From: Bacteroidales bacterium
GTDB lineage: Bacteria > Bacteroidota > Bacteroidia > Bacteroidales > F082
Assembly (NCBI GenBank): GCA_024400295.1
Contig: JAKSNA010000002.1
Location: forward strand, 31,707 to 95,706
Direction: 5' to 3'
Length of the DNA stretch: 64,000 nt
The translations under genes and the position numbers were made by a program. The notes below the pieces were generated by a model. It was not told the DNA's origin. It did not search any database and saw nothing but the letters and a program-made list of their open reading frames with translations. This document shows, in pieces, positions 47,997-56,586 of this stretch; the first letter of the stretch is position 1, and every line of letters begins with the position of its first letter.

Positions 47997-49039
47997 TGAA
48001 TACCATGGAAAACACAAATATCGACAATCAGGTTATTAATCTTACAAAAGAAGATTTCGTAAGCGACCAGATAGTGAAATGGTGCCCGGGCTGCGGCGAC
48101 CACGCTATCCTCAAGGCAGTTGAAGACGTTTTCCCGAAACTCGGCAGGAGAAAAGAAGACATCGTCGTCGTCTCGGGTATCGGCTGCTCATCACGTTTCC
48201 CATATTACATGAACACATACGGATTCCACAGCATCCACGGCCGCGCATGCGCCATCGCGACGGGCGTGAAGCTCGCCAATCCTAACCTCTCAGTGTGGAT
48301 CGTCACCGGCGACGGCGACTGCACCGCCATCGGTGGCAACCACTTCATCCACGCTGTCCGCCGTAATATGGACATGAACCTACTCCTTTTCAACAACCGT
48401 ATCTACGGCATGACAAAAGGACAGTTCTCACCTTGCACATTCCGCGGCACGGTCACGAAGACCTCACCGCAAGGGACATACGAAGACCCGTTCAACGTTG
48501 GCGCACTCGTCATCGGCGCAGGCGGACAGTTCTTCGCACGCGGCGTTGACATCAACACGAAGGACCTCACCGAGACTTGCATGGCGGCGAAGAACCACGA
48601 CGGCATGTCGGTCGTCGAGATCTTCCAGAACTGCATGATTTTCTCGAACGGCGTCCACGCCAACATCACTGCTCCTGATGTCCGCGACGACATGCAGGTG
48701 AAATGTGTTGACGGTCAGCCTCTTATCTTCGGCAAGAACCGCGACAAAGGTATTCGCCTTAACGGAAACAGCCTCGAAGTCGTCACAATCGGCGAGAACG
48801 GCATCACCGAAAAGGACATCCTCGTCCACGACGCGAAGGAGAAGAGCACCGGCATCCACATGATGCTCGCGCAGATGATGCCGCCTCAATATCCTGTGGC
48901 GATGGGTGTCATCCGCAACGTCGATGCTCCGACCTACGACGACTGCCTCACCGACGTCATCGCCAACGAATCGGCGAAGGCGAAGATCCAGACCGTTGAC
49001 GACCTGCTCAATTCAGGCACGACCTGGACGATTGAATAA
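47996..49039 (+). CDS. korB: 2-oxoglutarate/2-oxoacid:ferredoxin oxidoreductase subunit beta (TPP-binding)
   Basis: WCPGCGDHAIL, VVSGIGCSSRFPYY, VTGDGDCTAIGGNHFIHAVRRN, NNRIYGMTKGQ. Confidence 0.92.
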   Translation: MNTMENTNIDNQVINLTKEDFVSDQIVKWCPGCGDHAILKAVEDVFPKLGRRKEDIVVVSGIGCSSRFPYYMNTYGFHSIHGRACAIATGVKLANPNLSVWIVTGDGDCTAIGGNHFIHAVRRNMDMNLLLFNNRIYGMTKGQFSPCTFRGTVTKTSPQGTYEDPFNVGALVIGAGGQFFARGVDINTKDLTETCMAAKNHDGMSVVEIFQNCMIFSNGVHANITAPDVRDDMQVKCVDGQPLIFGKNRDKGIRLNGNSLEVVTIGENGITEKDILVHDAKEKSTGIHMMLAQMMPPQYPVAMGVIRNVDAPTYDDCLTDVIANESAKAKIQTVDDLLNSGTTWTIE

Positions 49040-49100
49040 CCCTCACAACCATCATCCGGTGTCATGGTTCGCCATGCTGCCGCAGGTTGATAATTTTGTT

Positions 49101-49133
49101 AAAAAATTCCGTTCTTATTGGGCGGAATTTTTT
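49101..49133 (+). terminator. Intrinsic terminator after korB
   Basis: AAAAAATTCCG / CGGAATTTTTT 11-bp stem, 11-nt loop, running into a T-tract. Confidence 0.6.
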
Positions 49134-49140
49134 ATTTTTG
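49133..49140 (+). promoter_or_regulatory. -7 promoter box, restriction endonuclease-methyltransferase operon
   Basis: TATTTTTG, ATG 49166 is 26 nt downstream; supports the shorter start. Confidence 0.55.
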
Positions 49141-49165
49141 CATGTTCAAAATCTTAAAAATTAAT

Positions 49166-50269
49166 ATGGCAAAATCTAAAAAAATTACTTTTATGATTGA
49201 AGGCGAACAGCCAGGCTTGTTTGGCCAGAAATATTCAAGCAGGGATTATACAATAGGTGATTCGTGGGGTAAAAATCAATTTAACAGTTCGTTTCCGGCA
49301 TCACTTGTGGCGTATATGGGAAGTAAAAATCTGAAACCAATTTATATTTGTACGGATAAGAACAATAATGTGATACATGAAAAAATTTCTTCCGAGGAAT
49401 TATTGGGAATAGATCCGTTGAGTGATGATGCGTACTATGATTTTGAGGCGGGGTACTATCCTTATGAGCGATATTATACAGCAAAGAAAAAAGAAAAGAT
49501 TGATTTGGTGATGATTAATCGAAAGACCAGTGTCCCTGCAAGTGGTTTGGAAGTTAAATTGACGACTTTGCCAGATAGTACGACAAAAGATTTGTTGGAA
49601 GCAGATTATGGAAGTGAGATAGTTGTGCGTTCACCAACAATTTTGTTTCTTGCTTGCAGCATTTGTGCGTGTTTTGATTCATCGGAAGGAAGAAATAGAC
49701 TTCATGAAATACTGAATACTATTGGGACTGAAATAAAAAATTGGAGTTTGAAGGAATTTGTTCTTCCTCATTATGAATTGATTAAGAAAGCCGTGCTGAT
49801 GGTGTCATCTGAAATGTGTGATGAGCAGACCCCATTGATTATTCAGCCAATATGGAAAACTGACAGGACATTGACTGATTTAAATGAAGATTGTTTGGAT
49901 GTGTTTGTCTGGTCGAATTTGGCGCTTATACAAATGTGTTTGAGGGAAAGTGATGAAGAAAACAATATATCACGCAATCAGCGGACTATAATTTGGCTGT
50001 ACAAAATGCTATGGGATTTTTCGTTATATGGAAAATTTCGATATACTGACATCGTGAATGAGTTGGCATACGATTACAAGACCGACAAAGCGTTTGCAAT
50101 CAGTGGGAAATTGACGAATCCGCTGATGAAATGTAAAGAGTTGGAAAAACCAAGAATTTCAAAATATGAAATTAAAAATATTATTCTTGGGAATGGACAG
50201 AAGTTGTTGCGTCCGGAAAGACGTTTTGATGCGTATATTGTTAGTCACCCTGAAATATTCAAATTATGA
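49166..50269 (+). CDS. Putative type II restriction endonuclease (PD-(D/E)XK-like core), specificity unknown
   Basis: KIDLVMINRKTSVPASGLEVKLT (D-x15-E-x-K), ATGA overlap with a C5 methyltransferase gene, shared AT-rich composition. Family not identifiable by eye. Confidence 0.6.
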   Translation: MAKSKKITFMIEGEQPGLFGQKYSSRDYTIGDSWGKNQFNSSFPASLVAYMGSKNLKPIYICTDKNNNVIHEKISSEELLGIDPLSDDAYYDFEAGYYPYERYYTAKKKEKIDLVMINRKTSVPASGLEVKLTTLPDSTTKDLLEADYGSEIVVRSPTILFLACSICACFDSSEGRNRLHEILNTIGTEIKNWSLKEFVLPHYELIKKAVLMVSSEMCDEQTPLIIQPIWKTDRTLTDLNEDCLDVFVWSNLALIQMCLRESDEENNISRNQRTIIWLYKMLWDFSLYGKFRYTDIVNELAYDYKTDKAFAISGKLTNPLMKCKELEKPRISKYEIKNIILGNGQKLLRPERRFDAYIVSHPEIFKL

Positions 50270-51210
50270 AGGCTGTTGATTTATTTTGTGGCTGCGGTGG
50301 CCTCAGCCTTGGATTCTTGAAGGCTGGAATTGAAATTGTCGGTGCGTTTGACAATTGGGATGATGCATTGGAAGTTTACAGAAGGAATTTTTCTCATCCT
50401 GTTTACAAAGTGGATTTGGGTGATGTTAATGAAGCTGTTGAGATGATAGCTCCACTTAAACCGGATATGATTATAGGAGGTCCTCCTTGCCAAGACTTTT
50501 CTTCGGCTGGAAAACGTAATGAAGACAATGGCCGAGGTGACCTGACTGTGTCGTATGCGAATATAATTTCAAAATCACGTCCGCAGTGGTTTGTGATGGA
50601 GAATGTTGCAAGAATACTTAAAACCCAGAAATTTGTTGAAGCAAAGGAAGTTTTGAAAAGGGCTGGATATGGATTGACTTATACAGTTCTTGATGCCAGT
50701 AAATGCGGAGTTCCTCAAAAAAGAAAAAGATTTGTGATGATAGGCAAACTTGGTGAAAAAGACGATTTTATTATGGACGACCTTGTTGCAAATATTTCAG
50801 ATGAAGAAATGTCGGTGGCTGATTATTTTGGAGATTCGCTCGAAATAAAATACTACTATCGCCACCCGAGAAGTTATGTCAGAAGAGGAATATTTAGTGT
50901 TGATGAACCAAGCCCTACAATCAGAGGTGTAAATCGTCCAATGCCGGGCGGTTATGAACTTCATGCAGGAGATCCAACCGATTCGTTGGAAGGGGTTAGA
51001 CCGTTGACGACGAAAGAAAGAAGCATGATTCAAACATTTCCGCCAGAATTTATATTTGAAGGTACAAAGACAAATCAAGAACAAATGATAGGAAATGCTG
51101 TTCCGGTAAATCTTGGTAAGTTTATTGCTACAGCGATATTGAAAAACATAGGTGAAACACCACGAGATATTTCAGATAGTCATCGTCTGTGTTCCAATGT
51201 CAAAAATTAA
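50266..51210 (+). CDS. DNA (cytosine-5)-methyltransferase
   Basis: Motif I DLFCGCGGLSLGF, IV GGPPCQDFS, VI ENV, VIII QKRKRFVMIG, X GNAVPVNL. Confidence 0.93.
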   Translation: MKAVDLFCGCGGLSLGFLKAGIEIVGAFDNWDDALEVYRRNFSHPVYKVDLGDVNEAVEMIAPLKPDMIIGGPPCQDFSSAGKRNEDNGRGDLTVSYANIISKSRPQWFVMENVARILKTQKFVEAKEVLKRAGYGLTYTVLDASKCGVPQKRKRFVMIGKLGEKDDFIMDDLVANISDEEMSVADYFGDSLEIKYYYRHPRSYVRRGIFSVDEPSPTIRGVNRPMPGGYELHAGDPTDSLEGVRPLTTKERSMIQTFPPEFIFEGTKTNQEQMIGNAVPVNLGKFIATAILKNIGETPRDISDSHRLCSNVKN

Positions 51211-51219
51211 ATTTTATCA

Positions 51220-51804
51220 ATGAAAAAATCTTTCAAACCAGGCACAATGCTCTACCCGCTGCCGGTGGTGATGGTCAGCTGCGGCGACAGTCCCGAGAAT
51301 TACAATATCATAACGGTCGCGTGGACGGGGACGATCTGCTCCGACCCGCCGATGTGTTTCATCTCCGTGAGGAAAGAACGCCACTCGCATGACATCATAT
51401 TGAAAAACAAGGAGTTCGTGATAAACCTCACCACCGATCCGCTCTGTAAGGCCACCGACTGGTGCGGCGTGCGCTCCGGCAAGGACCACAATAAATTCAA
51501 GGAGATGCACCTCACGCCGGAGAAGGCGCAGGTGGTGAACGCCCCGCTGATTGCCGAGTCGCCGGTGAATATCGAATGCAAAGTGGTTGAAGTCAAGGAG
51601 TTGGGCTCGCACGACATGTTCATCGCCGAAGTCGTGGCCGTCAGCGGCGATGAGAAATATTTCGACCCGTCAACAGGACAGTTCCAGCTCAACCAGGCGG
51701 AGCTTATAACATATTCGCATGGGAAATATTACACCTTGGGCGAGAAAATCGGCAAGTTCGGTTTCTCCGTCGAGAAAAGACAACATAAACGAGCTCAAAA
51801 ATGA
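51220..51804 (+). CDS. Flavin reductase-like (FMN-binding split barrel) protein
   Basis: LYPLPVVMVSCG...NIITVAWTGTICSDPPMCFISVRKERHSHDII pattern. Confidence 0.8.
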   Translation: MKKSFKPGTMLYPLPVVMVSCGDSPENYNIITVAWTGTICSDPPMCFISVRKERHSHDIILKNKEFVINLTTDPLCKATDWCGVRSGKDHNKFKEMHLTPEKAQVVNAPLIAESPVNIECKVVEVKELGSHDMFIAEVVAVSGDEKYFDPSTGQFQLNQAELITYSHGKYYTLGEKIGKFGFSVEKRQHKRAQK

Positions 51805-51892
51805 AAACACAGTGTCTGTAAGGCACTACTTGAATAACCGGGTACATGGAGGCGAAGCCGACATGTGTTCGGCAACGAAAAAAATAAAAGTT

Positions 51893-52522
51893 ATGGATTA
51901 TATAAAAATAAAAGGTCTCTCGAAAGACGAAGTTGAAGGGTTGGTCAAGGAATGGCTGAAACTATATCCGCATTCCTTCAATCCGGAAGTGAATTTCTGG
52001 TTTTATGAAACACTTGACAATCAGGTTGTTGTGGGGCTTCACGATGACTTGAGTACGTTGGCTGTCAGCCTGTTGGTCATTTATCTCAATTCCGCCAAGG
52101 AACAGGATGGCGAGACGAAAGATGTTGATGTCGCGGCGTTTGTCACCGTTAACGACAACGAGATACTTCTGAAACAGAACTACGGCCGCCGCGCGAAGAT
52201 CTATGCGAAAGGTCTGGAAGGCGACAACACATCGGTTATTTTGCTTCTCGAAAACAACTATTGCGTTGAATACCGTTTCAAAGGTCACGCCAAGCAAATC
52301 AAGAACTCTGGCTTGGTCTTTGAGGAACCTGAGATTTCCGTCCCTGATGAGAAGGATGAAGTCGTCGTCGGTGATGTAGTTCCGAAGACGAATGTTGTGG
52401 AGGAGTCGTTGTCGCCCGAGGCATCGCCGCTCAAGAAACTGATGTGGTACACCATCTGCGGTGTCGTGGGCCTCGCCATTGGATTCATGCTTGTGTATTT
52501 CTATTATTGGAAAGGTAATTAG
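51893..52522 (+). CDS. Hypothetical tail-anchored membrane protein
   Basis: Soluble 180-aa body, single C-terminal TM LMWYTICGVVGLAIGFMLVYFYYW. Start uncertain (ATG 51863 or 51893); track start 51719 overlaps the flavin reductase. Confidence 0.4.
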   Translation: MDYIKIKGLSKDEVEGLVKEWLKLYPHSFNPEVNFWFYETLDNQVVVGLHDDLSTLAVSLLVIYLNSAKEQDGETKDVDVAAFVTVNDNEILLKQNYGRRAKIYAKGLEGDNTSVILLLENNYCVEYRFKGHAKQIKNSGLVFEEPEISVPDEKDEVVVGDVVPKTNVVEESLSPEASPLKKLMWYTICGVVGLAIGFMLVYFYYWKGN

Positions 52523-52598
52523 GAGTTTGAGGTAATTGGGAGTTTGAGGTAATTGGGAGTTTGAGGTAATTAGGAGTTTGAGGTGATTAGGAGGTTTC
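52514..52598. repeat. Tandem 17-nt repeat (about 5 copies), entirely C-free
   Basis: GGTAATT(A/G)GGAGTTTGA x4 plus diverged GGTGATTAGGAGGTTTC; spans the stop of the upstream ORF and supplies the GTG start of tilS. Confidence 0.95.
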
Positions 52599-54031
52599 AG
52601 CAATATATTGAGAATCATGGCCTTATCGGGAAAGATGAGCGTGTCCTCGTCGCATTGAGCGGCGGCGTTGACTCGATGGTTCTTGCTGAACTCCTGCGTC
52701 GGAGCGGTTATGACATCGCTTTTACGCATTGCAACTTCCACCTTCGCGGCGATGAGTCTGACGGTGATGAACGGTTTGTGCGCGATTACGCCGAAAGGGT
52801 GGGGGTGAGGCTTTTCGTGAAACATTTCGATACTACTCAATACGCTGAAAATCAGAAGATTTCGATAGAGATGGCGGCACGTGAGCTGCGCTACTCTTGG
52901 TTTGACGAGTTGCTGAAAGAAAAAGGATTTCATAAACTTGCCGTCGCACATCACGCCGATGACCAAATCGAGACGTTTTTCATCAACCTGCTCCGCGGCT
53001 CCGGCATCAAGGGACTGAAGGCTATGCGGCCCGCTAACGGGTTGTATGTCAGGCCGTTGCTGTGGGCTTCACGCGAGGAAATAAAAAACTTTGCCGTCGA
53101 GAATGGCATTGAATGGCGCGAAGACCGCACCAATCAGGAAACTGTCTATTTCAGAAACAAGATAAGGCACGAGCTGCTTCCCGCTCTTGATGAGATTAAA
53201 TCAGAAGCACGTGAGAAAATCGGTCTGTCTGTCGAATACTTAGCTTCTGAAAATCAACTATATAGGGAACTTATCAAAGAGAAACTCTCTCACATCGAAC
53301 ACGTTGACGGCGTCCTGCATTCGATTGATAAATCAGAACTTAAAGATAACCTTCAGCTTCTTTTCGAGTGGGCGCGTGGCTTCGGCTTCAGCTTTTCGCA
53401 ATGCGAAACGGTGATGTCTGTCATCAACTCCGAACCGGGAAAAGAATTTTATTCGGCTGATTATCAACTTGTCGTCGAAAAATACACTGTTGAAATTTTC
53501 CCCAAAGACCTCGGCGAGCGAAGCGAGCCGAGGTCTTTATTAATAAGCGAGCGCGTCATTGCGACCGGAGCGCAGCGGAGTGGAGCAATATCGGAAACAT
53601 CGTCTGAATCAACGAGTGGAGCAATCTTAAAAATCGATCCCGAATCATCGAGTGGAGCAATCCCGGAAACATCGTCTGAATCAACGAGTGGAGCAATCCC
53701 GGAAACATCGTCTGAATCAACGAGTGGAGCAATCTTCAGACTTGAAAAATCCAACCCGAACCTCGCGCAACTCGATGCCGACAAGATAAAATTCCCTCTG
53801 AAACAACGTCATTGGCGGCAGGGCGACCGCTTCCGGCCTCTCGGATTGCACGGCTCAAAACTCGTGTCGGATTTCTTTAACGACTTGAATTTCACCGCAT
53901 TCCAGAAGAAAACGACGTGGATTGTCACCGATGCCGACGATGAAATCGTGTGGGTCGCCGGATACCGCATTGGTGATAAATTCAAGATAACAGACAAAAC
54001 CATTCGCATTTGTGAAATTTATTTGAATTAG
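52583..54031 (+). CDS. tilS: tRNA(Ile)-lysidine synthetase carrying an in-frame tandem-repeat insertion
   Basis: PP-loop VALSGGVDSMVL, HHADDQIET, C-terminal QRHWRQGDRFRPLG...VWVAGYRIG; GTG start; 36-bp repeats at 53578-53733. Confidence 0.88.
   Translation: MIRRFQQYIENHGLIGKDERVLVALSGGVDSMVLAELLRRSGYDIAFTHCNFHLRGDESDGDERFVRDYAERVGVRLFVKHFDTTQYAENQKISIEMAARELRYSWFDELLKEKGFHKLAVAHHADDQIETFFINLLRGSGIKGLKAMRPANGLYVRPLLWASREEIKNFAVENGIEWREDRTNQETVYFRNKIRHELLPALDEIKSEAREKIGLSVEYLASENQLYRELIKEKLSHIEHVDGVLHSIDKSELKDNLQLLFEWARGFGFSFSQCETVMSVINSEPGKEFYSADYQLVVEKYTVEIFPKDLGERSEPRSLLISERVIATGAQRSGAISETSSESTSGAILKIDPESSSGAIPETSSESTSGAIPETSSESTSGAIFRLEKSNPNLAQLDADKIKFPLKQRHWRQGDRFRPLGLHGSKLVSDFFNDLNFTAFQKKTTWIVTDADDEIVWVAGYRIGDKFKITDKTIRICEIYLN
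53578..53733 (+). repeat. In-frame 36-bp tandem repeat (about 4.3 copies) inside tilS
   Basis: GAGTGGAGCAATCCCGGAAACATCGTCTGAATCAAC; copies at 53650 and 53686 are identical; encodes (SGAIPETSSEST)n. Confidence 0.95.
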
Positions 54032-54106
54032 ATTGAATTTTTTTGCATATTTGCAAACTGTAAATATTTTTCAAAAAATATTGTAAATAATTGAAAATCA
54101 GATAAA

Positions 54107-56491
54107 ATGAAAAGATTGTCATTAACATTGGCGATGTTCTTCGCCATGATGCTCCCGATGATGTCGTTCGCGCAGATTTACGAACCGGTCAAATGGAGCT
54201 TTTCATCGGAATCATTAGGAAACAACGAGTACAATGTCATCATGAAGGCCGAGATCGAAGCCGGCTGGCATGTCTATTCACAGAACATCGCCGACGGTGG
54301 CCCGATCCCGACAACGTTCTATTTCAACGACACCACAATTTACGAGAGAATAGGCGATGTCATTGAGAGTGAAGCCATTGTCCATCAAGACCCTGTCTTC
54401 GACATGGAGCTTCGTTTCTTCGAGAATGAAGCGACGTTCACGCAAAAGGTGAAGGTGCTCGGCAAGACGCCGGTCGTGTTTAAAGGCGAACTCGAATATA
54501 TGGTCTGCAACGACGGACAGTGCCTGCCTCCGACAGTCGAGGAGTTTGAGATAACTCTTGATAATCATGCGGATAAAGCTGCTTCAAGTAACGCTTCAAA
54601 CAAGAGCCTCTGGGCATCACTCATCGCCGCGTTCCTGTGGGGTCTCGCCGCAATCGTCACTCCTTGCGTGTTCCCGATGATCCCGATGACGGTGTCGTTC
54701 TTCCTCCACGGAAGCGAGAACAAGGCGCAGGGCCGCTTCAAAGCCTTGATGTATTTCCTGTTCATCGTCGGCCTCTACACTATCCCGATCGCGGTCATAA
54801 TATTTATAACATGGCTTGGCGGCGGTGACGAAGGTATCGTCAACATTTTCAACTGGTTGTCAACACACTGGATCCCGAATATCATCTTCTTCATCGTGTT
54901 CATGGTGTTCGCCGCTTCGTTCTTCGGCGCATTTGAAATCATCATGCCAAGTTCTTTGGTCAATAAGAGCGATGAGAAGTCGAATGGCAGCGGTCTCGGC
55001 GGCGTGTTCTTCATGGCACTCACACTCGTGCTCGTGTCGTTCGCCTGCACCGGCCCCATCGTCGGCTCGGTACTCATCGAGTCGGTTTCGGGTAACTTCT
55101 GGTCGCCAATACTCACGATGCTTGTGTATTCAGTGACGTTCGCACTGCCTTTCGCGCTGTTCGCGCTGTTCCCATCGATGCTGAAGAGACTTCCGAAGAG
55201 CGGCGGCTGGCTCAATTCAGTGAAAGTGGTGTTCGGATTCGTGGAAGTCGCACTCGGCTTCAAGTTCCTGAGTATCATCGACCAGACTTATCACTGGGGC
55301 ATCCTCGACCGTGAGGTCTATCTCGCCATCTGGATTGTCTGCGCCGTGATGCTCGGCTTCTATCTCCTCGGCCAGATAAGATTCAAAAACGATGACGAAG
55401 TCACGAAGATCTCAGGTTTCCGTCTCTTCCTCGCAATAGTGTCGTTCGCATTCGCGTTCTACCTCATCCCAGGAATGTGGGGCGCACCTCTCAAGTCATT
55501 GTCAGGCTACCTTCCGCCAATACAGACCGTAGATTTCGACCTCCAGAGAATGGACCGCGAGAACTCGGAAGCTGTCATCAGCTATATGGAAGGTCTTGAA
55601 CAGAACAATTTCGTTCAGGAGACAGCACAGACTGCCGCAGAACAGCCGTTCATGACACGCACAATGGCATTGTATATCCTCATTGCCATAGGTCTGCTTC
55701 TCGGTCTTTTCCTTGTCGGAAAAATCAAACTCAAAAAAGGACCGGACTGGAGCTTTATCTCTCTCGGACGCTTGATAATCAGTATAATAGTCTTCTCATT
55801 TGTGGTTTATCTCATCCCAGGTCTCTGGGGCGCACCGCTTAAAGCGATGTCATGGATGCTGCCTCCGGCGAACACCATGGAGTTCAACCTCGAACAGAGC
55901 GGACGCACCAACTACGGCAACGTCGCCGCGACTTACGAGGAACTCGCCAAGCAAGTCGCTTTGGTGCAGAATGAGACAGCCGACGTGCAGGCTCTCTGCG
56001 AAGAACCGCTCTACGCCGATTTCCTCCATCTGCCTCACGGAATAAACGGCTACTTCGACTATCAGCAGGCTCTCGCATGCTCGAAGGCTCAAAACAAACC
56101 GATCTTCGTTGACTTCACCGGCCACGGCTGCGTGAACTGCCGCGAGATGGAGTCGAGCGTGTGGGCCGACAAAGAGGTGCTGAAGATATTGAAACATGAC
56201 TATGTCGTTGTGGCTCTTTATGTTGATGACAAGAAAACTCTCCCTGAAGAATATTGGGTGACAGGCGCAAACGGCAAGGTGAAGAAGACCCTCGGTGCCA
56301 TCAACGCCGACTTCCAGGTGTCGAAGTTCGAAGCCAACGCGCAGCCGTACTACTGCCTCATGGGTAACAACGGTGAGCTCCTCGTTAACCCGCGCTCTTA
56401 CAACCTCGACGTCGAAGCATTCAGACAGTTCCTCCTTAAAGGAATTGAGAACTTCAAGAACGGCGAGTTTGTGAGAAATATTAACGAATAA
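54107..56491 (+). CDS. DsbD-family protein-disulfide reductase (N-terminal domain + CcdA-like TM core + C-terminal thioredoxin)
   Basis: TPCVFPMIPMT, ACTGPIVG TM-core cysteines; C-terminal FVDFTGHGCVNCREME thioredoxin CxxC; internal duplication of the YLIPG(M/L)WGAPLK segment. Confidence 0.85.
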   Translation: MKRLSLTLAMFFAMMLPMMSFAQIYEPVKWSFSSESLGNNEYNVIMKAEIEAGWHVYSQNIADGGPIPTTFYFNDTTIYERIGDVIESEAIVHQDPVFDMELRFFENEATFTQKVKVLGKTPVVFKGELEYMVCNDGQCLPPTVEEFEITLDNHADKAASSNASNKSLWASLIAAFLWGLAAIVTPCVFPMIPMTVSFFLHGSENKAQGRFKALMYFLFIVGLYTIPIAVIIFITWLGGGDEGIVNIFNWLSTHWIPNIIFFIVFMVFAASFFGAFEIIMPSSLVNKSDEKSNGSGLGGVFFMALTLVLVSFACTGPIVGSVLIESVSGNFWSPILTMLVYSVTFALPFALFALFPSMLKRLPKSGGWLNSVKVVFGFVEVALGFKFLSIIDQTYHWGILDREVYLAIWIVCAVMLGFYLLGQIRFKNDDEVTKISGFRLFLAIVSFAFAFYLIPGMWGAPLKSLSGYLPPIQTVDFDLQRMDRENSEAVISYMEGLEQNNFVQETAQTAAEQPFMTRTMALYILIAIGLLLGLFLVGKIKLKKGPDWSFISLGRLIISIIVFSFVVYLIPGLWGAPLKAMSWMLPPANTMEFNLEQSGRTNYGNVAATYEELAKQVALVQNETADVQALCEEPLYADFLHLPHGINGYFDYQQALACSKAQNKPIFVDFTGHGCVNCREMESSVWADKEVLKILKHDYVVVALYVDDKKTLPEEYWVTGANGKVKKTLGAINADFQVSKFEANAQPYYCLMGNNGELLVNPRSYNLDVEAFRQFLLKGIENFKNGEFVRNINE

Positions 56492-56520
56492 CGTTAAGCG
56501 TTAATAGAGTAAAGTTAAGA

Positions 56521-56550
56521 GAGGCTGGCGCATGTTGTTTGCACCAGCCT
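56521..56550 (+). terminator. Hairpin after the dsbD-like gene
   Basis: AGGCTGG-15 nt-CCAGCCT preceded by TAATAGAGTAAAGTTAAGAG words. Confidence 0.4.
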
Positions 56551-56586
56551 TGTCTTTGAATTAATCAGAACTAACGTTTGAAAAAT

